A model generated the notes under the pieces. It had not been told where the DNA came from and did not search any database. It saw only the letters and a program-made list of their open reading frames with translations. DNA of 64,000 bases from Enterobacterales bacterium (lineage in GTDB: Bacteria > Pseudomonadota > Gammaproteobacteria > Enterobacterales > GCA-002770795), in assembly GCA_041556195.1 (NCBI GenBank), contig JBFFIY010000002.1, positions 278 through 64,277 of the forward strand. Reading direction: 5' to 3'. Shown here one piece after another: positions 57,738 to 64,000 of the stretch (the first letter of the stretch is position 1; every line of letters begins with the position of its first letter). The translations under genes were made by a program, and so were the position numbers.

Positions 57738-58809
57738 ACTACTCATGGTTGAAGATAATCAGAGCGACTTACAAACAAGTATAGATACGCTTGAACGATA
57801 TAAGAGTCAGAAAAACAGAAATATAGAAATGATCTCTTCCAAGAGCATTGAAGAAGCTTTTTCTCTACTCGACAATACATTTGATGGTGCAATTATCGAT
57901 ATGAAACTGTCTGATAAAGGAGGTGAAGGTAATCAGGTTATACGGAAAATAGCAGAATCTAATATTAGAATTCCAATTGTAGTGTTTACAGGTACGCCGT
58001 CAGTTGCTGATGCAGGTAATGCTTATATAGAAGTATGCAAAAAAGGAGAAAATACTTATGAGGAGATATTTGATCGTTTATGGGGTATACATTGTTCAGG
58101 TTTAACTAGAATTATGGGGGGAAGAGGAATTATTGAAAGCACCCTTAATCAAGTCTACAAAGAAAATATACTGTCTCAGAAGGACGCATGGGTAAACTAT
58201 GGTGTAGTTGATTCGGAAAAGACTGAAAAATCACTTTTAAGATATACACTAAATCACCTTCTAGAACTAATTGATGAGAATGAAAAATCCTACCCTGAAG
58301 AATATTTTATTAACCCACCTGTAAGGAAAGGATTGACAACAGGTAGTCTAGTACTAAATGTAAAAGATAATAAGTGGTTTGTTGTACTTAATCCCGCTTG
58401 TGATTTAGTGCTGCGTCCTGATGGTAAATTCAAAACGGATAAGCTTTTTCTAGTCGAAATTGAAAACGAAGAAAATGTAATCGCTACTGCTTTAGGGGAT
58501 AATAATAATAATCCAACTAGCAACAAAGCGATAAAATCCCATAATAAAAAATTATCTGATATCTTTAAAAACAACCACACTCCCTATAATCATTGGGTTC
58601 CTAAAACCACCTTTTTTTCTGGTGGATTTTTAAATTTTAGGTCTGTTTTGACTTGTGACACTGTCACATTTATAGAGAAATTTTCAGACCCCAAATCACA
58701 AATTTCACAACCATTTATCAAAGATGTAGTATCTAGATTCTCGTCCTATTATGCGCGTCAAGGTCAACCTGATATTGATTTTTACAGCCGATTAAAGTCA
58801 GCTGATTAA
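57724..58809 (+). CDS. response-regulator receiver domain protein with unassigned ~240-aa C-terminal domain
   Basis: ATG 57724 (MQTFKLLMVEDN..) overlaps the kinase stop by 14 nt. REC signatures: E10-D11, acceptor Asp59 (AIIDMKL), VVFTGT, CKKG. The C-terminal part (..VVLNPACDLVLRPDGKFKTDKLFLVEI.., ..SRFSSYYARQGQPDIDF) matches no family I can name and has no HTH. Confidence 0.75.
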   Translation: MQTFKLLMVEDNQSDLQTSIDTLERYKSQKNRNIEMISSKSIEEAFSLLDNTFDGAIIDMKLSDKGGEGNQVIRKIAESNIRIPIVVFTGTPSVADAGNAYIEVCKKGENTYEEIFDRLWGIHCSGLTRIMGGRGIIESTLNQVYKENILSQKDAWVNYGVVDSEKTEKSLLRYTLNHLLELIDENEKSYPEEYFINPPVRKGLTTGSLVLNVKDNKWFVVLNPACDLVLRPDGKFKTDKLFLVEIENEENVIATALGDNNNNPTSNKAIKSHNKKLSDIFKNNHTPYNHWVPKTTFFSGGFLNFRSVLTCDTVTFIEKFSDPKSQISQPFIKDVVSRFSSYYARQGQPDIDFYSRLKSAD

Positions 58810-58815
58810 TATGTA

Positions 58816-60387
58816 TTAAAGAATTGAATGTACGATTTTTGCAATTTTATTAGCCAAATATGGAGGGACAGCATTACCAACTTGTACATATTGCTGAGTT
58901 CGAGTGCCGACAAAAAAATAATTGTCAGAAAATGTTTGAATTCTAGCCGCTTCGCGTACAGTTAAACTACGACATTGTGAAGGATCTGGATGAATGAAAT
59001 AGTGTCCATCTTTTGAAATATGGCACGTAACAGTTGTGGCTGAAATGTTCCAAGGTTGAACTCTAAATCGATCAGCAAATTTACCTGACTTAAAATTTTT
59101 ATGATTAGGCATTAATTCATCTGGATAATCTGGTGATTTTGGTGTTAGTGAACTCCAATTGTTTTTTGCTCCAATTTGTGCCCAAACACTACAAAACAAA
59201 TATCTCTGTAAATCTGACGACATATGTCCTCTGGTATCGTGATTACAAACATGATTACCCAAATTCTTATCGTAATACCATTTCCGTAAATCGGCATTAT
59301 CGATTTTTTTGTTTCGTCTTAATCCAAAAATTTTCCCCTGACCTAAACTGGGGGTAGTAAGATTATCTATAATATTTTTTAGTTCGTTCGCTATATCCTT
59401 TTTTGAGTTTAGTTTCAAAGATTTTATAGTATTAATTGATTGTGTTTTTATTGTGTGAATCCAATTGGCATCAGTGTTTTCTTCTTTAGATAAACCGCTT
59501 CTTAATGCCGGCAAGTCTTTAATCACTTCAGAAAGTGTTATCTGTGTATCTTTTTTATCGAGAATTAATTTGTTATCCCATTTGTGTGCTAGATCCTCTC
59601 TAATACCAAGTAGAATAACTCGATGGCGGCGCTGTGGAATTCCATAGTGTTCGCATTTAACAATGAAATCCTGAGGTTTAACAAGTCCATCTTCAACAAT
59701 TGGAGTTGTCAGAGAGAATATTTTATACTGGTGTTTTGAGAAACCTCGCTTTGGATTAACATTTACTGCTTTGCAAGGATTATGCAGATCCTTGAAGATA
59801 GTTTCGTAAATAGACTTTCCATCTACTTTGGCCGATAGCATTCCTTTTACGTTTTCCATCACAAATGCCATTGGTTGGAACTGTGCGATTATTTTTAAAT
59901 ATTCTTTGTATAAGAAATTACGATGGTCTTCCTCTGCCTTATATTCGTCATTTGCTTTATTTTTTGACCTGCCCACAAGTGAATAAGCTTGGCACGGAGG
60001 CCCTCCAATAAGTATGCATTCATCCAAACCTAGAGCTTCTTTTATTCTTTTATTAATTGCTCTATTATCTTTCCCCAGTTCGAGGCATAAAGCTTCTCTA
60101 TCTGCAGCCTCAAGTTCTGCTGAAACTTCGGGTATTTTATAAAGCTCATCTTCAGGGCTTTTCCCTAACTCTCCTTTTAAAAAGTTGTAATAGGCCTCAG
60201 GAACGTCATTAGCAAATTGCCGATAAAACGAACGAAGCTTTAAAGTCCTATGGGCACTTTGTTCTTTTTCAATTGAAATAGCAATCTTGAAAGGATGTTT
60301 GTCTTCATCATCCTTATATGTGGAGAAGCCTTCACCAAGCCCTCCTGGGCCGGAAAAAATGTCAATTATTTTGACTGGTTTGCTCAT
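58816..60387 (-). CDS. dcm: DNA (cytosine-5)-methyltransferase
   Basis: 523 aa. Motif I DIFSGPGGLGEGF, motif IV GGPPCQAYS, motif VI MENVKGM, QRRHRV, motif X GNAVPP. Long variable region. Confidence 0.92.
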   Translation of the reverse strand: MSKPVKIIDIFSGPGGLGEGFSTYKDDEDKHPFKIAISIEKEQSAHRTLKLRSFYRQFANDVPEAYYNFLKGELGKSPEDELYKIPEVSAELEAADREALCLELGKDNRAINKRIKEALGLDECILIGGPPCQAYSLVGRSKNKANDEYKAEEDHRNFLYKEYLKIIAQFQPMAFVMENVKGMLSAKVDGKSIYETIFKDLHNPCKAVNVNPKRGFSKHQYKIFSLTTPIVEDGLVKPQDFIVKCEHYGIPQRRHRVILLGIREDLAHKWDNKLILDKKDTQITLSEVIKDLPALRSGLSKEENTDANWIHTIKTQSINTIKSLKLNSKKDIANELKNIIDNLTTPSLGQGKIFGLRRNKKIDNADLRKWYYDKNLGNHVCNHDTRGHMSSDLQRYLFCSVWAQIGAKNNWSSLTPKSPDYPDELMPNHKNFKSGKFADRFRVQPWNISATTVTCHISKDGHYFIHPDPSQCRSLTVREAARIQTFSDNYFFVGTRTQQYVQVGNAVPPYLANKIAKIVHSIL

Positions 60388-60453
60388 AAATTTGACGGTT
60401 GGGTTATTATGGGATGTATTTTACTAGGAAACAACACATAAACCAGAGCTAAA

Positions 60454-60900
60454 ATGGATATAGTTAATAAAAAACATCGTTCTCGTATGATGGCTAATAT
60501 TCGTTCTAAGGATACAAAACCTGAGGTACTTGTTAGAAAAGCTATACACAAAGCAGGTTACAGGTATAGGTTGAACACAAAAATTGGGCGAATAAGACCA
60601 GATATCGTCTTAACCAAACTGAAAGTAGCAATATTTGTACACGGTTGTTACTGGCATCGTCACGCCGAATGTAAGCTATGTTACATGCCAAAAACCAGAA
60701 TTGAGTTCTGGAATAAAAAATTTACTGAAAATATGGAAAGAGATAAAAGAGTAGAATTGACACTTAAATCGCAAGGATGGAGAGTTGCCGTATTCTGGGA
60801 ATGTGCTACGAGAAATGAAGAACGCCTTAAAACGGAAATTAACAACCTTGTAAGTTGGCTGGAATCAAAAGAACAGAGTTTTGAAACCGCCCTGATTTAA
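60454..60900 (+). CDS. vsr: very short patch repair endonuclease
   Basis: 148 aa. Blocks SRMMANIRSKDTKPE, YRYRLN, PDIVL, AIFVHGCYWHRH. Divergent from dcm. Confidence 0.9.
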   Translation: MDIVNKKHRSRMMANIRSKDTKPEVLVRKAIHKAGYRYRLNTKIGRIRPDIVLTKLKVAIFVHGCYWHRHAECKLCYMPKTRIEFWNKKFTENMERDKRVELTLKSQGWRVAVFWECATRNEERLKTEINNLVSWLESKEQSFETALI

Positions 60901-61052
60901 TGGCGTTCAAAGCTAAAAGTGTTTTTTGCAGACTGTCTGTTAAATAGTTTGCAATTGATTGCGTTGGAAAACGGTTTTCAATAGACTGTCCGCTTAATCG
61001 ACTATATTATGTACTGGAACGGAAATTCAATATAGTAAAATAGACATGACCC

Positions 61053-61802
61053 TTGTTATTTCAAGATCCGAATGATGAACCTGCATTGGTTTTGTTGAAA
61101 AAAATAGCGAAAGAAAAAGAAAGGTTGATTGCGGAGAAGAAGATAAAGAAACAGAAGGCGTTACCTGAGATTAGGGAGGATGAGAAGCCGTTTGAGTTGT
61201 CGGAGGGATGGGAGTGGTGTCGAATAGGAAACGCAGCGATTTCAACGGATTATGGATTGTCAGATAAATCGACAGTAGGAGATAAGGGAGTTCCTGTCCT
61301 TGCAATGGGACATATACAAGGAGGTGAAATACTTCTGGGAAATCAAAAGGTTGTTCCTGAGTCGGTTGAATCACTCCCTGAGCTATACCTTAAAAATAGA
61401 GATTTACTTTATAACAGAACAAATAGTGCAGAATTAGTTGGTAAAACTGGTATATACCGCGGTGATGACCAAGAGTATACATTTGCTTCTTACTTAATAA
61501 GAATTAGAACAGATAAAGAGTCATTGCTTCCTGAATTTATAAATCTAAATATGTTGGCACCTGAGTTTAGGGTTACGCAGATTAATCCACACCTGAAACA
61601 ACAATGTGGACAAGCGAATGTAAATGGAACGATAATGAAGCATATGATAGTTGCTATTGCTCCTGAATTTGAGATAGCGCGTATAGTTTCTAAAATTGAT
61701 GAACTAATGGCATTGTGTGACCAACTAAAAGCGCAACTCAGTGATGCCCAAACCACTCAACGCCATCTTGCTGACGCGATTGTTGAACAAGCTGTTAGTT
61801 AA
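61053..61802 (+). pseudogene. hsdS: type I restriction-modification specificity subunit (HsdS) remnant: central conserved region + second target-recognition domain
   Basis: Begins inside the HsdS central coiled-coil (FQDPNDEPALVLLKKIAKEKERLIAEKKIKK), then a TRD and the C-terminal conserved helix (KIDELMALCDQLKAQL). In-frame stops lie upstream. No hsdM or hsdR gene was identified in the window. Confidence 0.7.
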
Positions 61803-61850
61803 TAGTTTATGAGCTATTTTAGGTGAAATTGATAACTAAAGAGTTTATAC

Positions 61851-62438
61851 ATGGATAGAATCACAGAATTTCATAATATTATGCCAATATCGAATATGAC
61901 TTCGGTGATGCAACATGGCCTGTTATCCCATGCTCGAGCCTCACAACTTAACCATGCTGATATCTCATTGGCCGAAATCCAAGATCGCCGTGATACAAAG
62001 TCTATTCCTCAAGGTAGGAAGTTACATGAATACGCCAATGTGTATTTCCATGCCCGAAATCCCATGATGTCCAAACGTAGAGATGAAGCTCAGAACCTTT
62101 GTGTTCTAAGGGTTTCCAACGAAATACTGAATATCCCTAATGTAGTAGTAACCGATCAAAATGCGGCTAGTGACTATGCTCGCTTTTTAGCTCCTGATCA
62201 AATGAACCGATTTACATTAGATCTGGATCTGATCTATGCTAGTGACTGGAGACACAATGATAAGATCTCCTATTGGAGGCATAAATCCAGGAAGTGTGCT
62301 GAGGTACTGGTTCCTGATATGATCCCAGTTGAGTATATTTTTGGTGTCTATGTGGTGAACCCACAGTCCGCAGCATTACTGCATCAAGTAGGTTGTCACT
62401 TACCTGCTGAAATTAATTCTGATTTGTTTTTTGGGTAA
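61851..62438 (+). CDS. darT: DarT ssDNA thymidine ADP-ribosyltransferase toxin (DUF4433)
   Basis: 195 aa. N-terminal FHNIMPISNMTSVMQHGLLS block, central NVYFHARNPM, C-terminal KCAEVLVPD (catalytic Glu context). Followed 6 nt later by a macrodomain gene. Confidence 0.8.
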   Translation: MDRITEFHNIMPISNMTSVMQHGLLSHARASQLNHADISLAEIQDRRDTKSIPQGRKLHEYANVYFHARNPMMSKRRDEAQNLCVLRVSNEILNIPNVVVTDQNAASDYARFLAPDQMNRFTLDLDLIYASDWRHNDKISYWRHKSRKCAEVLVPDMIPVEYIFGVYVVNPQSAALLHQVGCHLPAEINSDLFFG

Positions 62439-62444
62439 ACGATT

Positions 62445-63554
62445 ATGATGAAAGTGCTAATAGGTAATATGTTTGAGACGTCTATGCAGACATTGGTGAA
62501 CACCGTGAACTGTGTCGGTGTGATGGGTAAAGGAGTCGCAAAAACCTTTAAAGATCAATACCCTACAATGTTTGAAGATTATAAGCAACGCTGCGATCAC
62601 AAACAGGTGAAGCCTGGAGTTCCTTATTATTACCATGATATGTTAGGAGTCTCTGTTTTAAACTTCCCAACCAAAGATCATTGGCGCTCAGCCTCTAAAC
62701 TTGCAGATGTGATTAATGGTTTAGATATATTCGTTCAGAACTACAAGAAATGGGGAATTACATCAATTGCATTCCCTCCATTAGGTTGTGGAAATGGTGG
62801 ACTTGAATGGGAGTTAGTTGGTCCATTAATGTATCAACGCTTAAAACCTTTGGATATTGATATTGAAATATACGCACCTTTCGGAACATCAAAGACACAG
62901 CTAAAAAAAGAGTTTTTTGAGAAAACTGTTGAAGTTGATTTCTCAGAAAAAGGTAAAAAATCCAAAGCTTTTAATCCCGAATGGCTGGCTTTAATCGAAG
63001 TGGTAAAACAATTAGGCTTACAGCCATATACCAGTCCAATAGGAAGAACTATCTTTCAGAAAATTTGTTATATCATGACAGAACTTGGTACAGAAACAGG
63101 ATTTAAATTTAAACAAGGCAGTTATGGACCTTTTTCTGACAATATCAAAGACGCTTTGAACTATTTTTCAAATAGTAATCTCATTCAGGAAGAGCAACTG
63201 GGGAAAATGACAGCATTAAAAGTTGATGTTGCATATGATAGTTATTTAGTTAAATATTCGACAGTAATTGAGAAACGCTATAAATCAATTGTTAAAACAG
63301 TTGATCTCTTTAGTCGAATCAAAAGCACCGATCAAGCAGAAGAAGTCACTACCGTTCTTTTTGCTTCTAGAAGAGTTAAAGAAAAAAATGGAACTGCAAC
63401 TGAGCAAGAACTTTTTGATTATATTTTGGATTGGAAAAAATCCTGGAACAAACAAGACAAGAAAGAATCTGTATCATCGACAATTAGAAATCTTGAAATG
63501 CTTGATTGGCTTAAGCTAAATTCTAGTGATAGTTTTTCTCAGCAAATTAATTAA
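62445..63554 (+). CDS. darG: DarG antitoxin (N-terminal macrodomain + C-terminal DarT-binding domain)
   Basis: 369 aa. Macrodomain blocks LVNTVNCVGVMGKGVA, NFPTKDHWR, IAFPPLGCGNGGL. About 200 aa of C-terminal domain. Confidence 0.8.
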   Translation: MMKVLIGNMFETSMQTLVNTVNCVGVMGKGVAKTFKDQYPTMFEDYKQRCDHKQVKPGVPYYYHDMLGVSVLNFPTKDHWRSASKLADVINGLDIFVQNYKKWGITSIAFPPLGCGNGGLEWELVGPLMYQRLKPLDIDIEIYAPFGTSKTQLKKEFFEKTVEVDFSEKGKKSKAFNPEWLALIEVVKQLGLQPYTSPIGRTIFQKICYIMTELGTETGFKFKQGSYGPFSDNIKDALNYFSNSNLIQEEQLGKMTALKVDVAYDSYLVKYSTVIEKRYKSIVKTVDLFSRIKSTDQAEEVTTVLFASRRVKEKNGTATEQELFDYILDWKKSWNKQDKKESVSSTIRNLEMLDWLKLNSSDSFSQQIN

Positions 63555-63730
63555 CCTCACCTCAGGATAAGCTACACCCCTCAATACAGTGATTTTTGCA
63601 CTTTTCAGCGTTACCTTAAAATGATATAGGACATCCAAGAAACATTTTGATGCACTCACAAAAATCATTTAATAATGGTGGTCAACTAAAATTGAAAGGA
63701 TTGAGTTGTGCATTAAAGTGGAATAACTCC

Positions 63731-63765
63731 TCTAGTTTATCCAGAGTTGAGGTTATTTAACGACT
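63731..63765 (-). repeat. copy of the dispersed repeat family, inverted relative to 49802-49836
   Basis: Reverse complement reads AGTCGTTAAATAACCTCAACTCTGGATAAACTAGA. 20 of 24 core positions match the 49807-49830 copy. Lies 177 nt downstream of darG. Confidence 0.6.
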
Positions 63766-63795
63766 AATCTTTTTTTTACAATGCCGTCGTGTTAA

Positions 63796-63999
63796 CTACA
63801 AATAACTCAGTATTTCAGCAGGTGTTTTAACTCTCTTTTGTGTTTCTATAAGTTGTTCCTTCTTTTTCTCCCATTTCTGATGTAAAGACTGCAAATTATT
63901 CAACCGAGTCTCAATGGTAAAGTATTTCGTTTCATCGCCTTGGTGTCGCCCAAGCTGATAGCGAATAGAATCTTCTATCTCCTGAAAAAATGCATCTAT
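63796..63999 (-). CDS. 3' end of an unidentified gene running off the window (68 codons)
   Basis: Own minus-strand translation: IDAFFQEIEDSIRYQLGRHQGDETKYFTIETRLNNLQSLHQKWEKKKEQLIETQKRVKTPAEILSYL, stop at 63796-63798. No family recognised. Confidence 0.35.
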   Translation of the reverse strand: MDAFFQEIEDSIRYQLGRHQGDETKYFTIETRLNNLQSLHQKWEKKKEQLIETQKRVKTPAEILSYL

Positions 64000-64000
64000 A

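Noticed and set aside
60930-60997. Direct repeat AGACTGTC(T/C)G(C)TTAA as transposon ends
   Set aside because: It is only about 14 bp, imperfect, in direct orientation, and no transposase is present. Noted under the hsdS remnant finding but not called as a mobile element.

Overview
AT-rich (by eye) gammaproteobacterial-type chromosomal segment with three parts. (1) About 1-23 kb is housekeeping: rpiA, ghrA-like dehydrogenase, TRAP dctQM, polA, rlmB-rnr, and a complete aa3-type cytochrome c oxidase biogenesis cluster (coxB-coxA-ctaG-coxC, DUF2909, SURF1, CxxxC protein, ctaA, cyoE/ctaB, SCO1). (2) About 23-49.5 kb is mixed metabolic and accessory: yafV-like amidase, aidB-like dehydrogenase, LysR regulator, methionine gamma-lyase family enzyme, ToxR/CadC-like regulator, VapC remnant, tyrosine phenol-lyase/tryptophanase family lyase, LemA-M48 protease, two M16 peptidases, waaA, a DASS transporter, yebG, a sirtuin followed by a CoA-transferase::GNAT fusion, a decayed alkylation-repair pseudogene, an APC permease and a GATase1 protein. 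(3) About 49.8-63.8 kb is a defence island: SEC-C/TPR-like protein, two class II Fic proteins, a dual-GHKL histidine kinase, a receiver-domain protein with an unassigned C-terminal domain, Dcm methyltransferase, Vsr, an hsdS remnant and DarT-DarG. The most interesting candidate is the translationally coupled operon Fic / GHKL+histidine kinase / REC-unknown domain (54071-58809). It ends tail-to-tail, 6 bp from an orphan dcm-vsr pair. It uses two-component logic like the Detocs defence system, but its architecture differs and I cannot assign it to a named system. Other non-coding signals: a structured candidate sRNA with promoter and terminator downstream of polA; a dispersed ~30-35 bp repeat family (six copies or part-copies seen) with copies at both edges of the island and forming the inverted ends of a ~270 bp MITE-like element; a perfect 64-bp duplication upstream of rpiA; a motif shared upstream of both Fic genes; and a 12-bp x5 in-frame tandem repeat in Fic2. 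No rRNA, tRNA or CRISPR array was recognised. All calls come from reading the sequence and the ORF translations; no database search was run.
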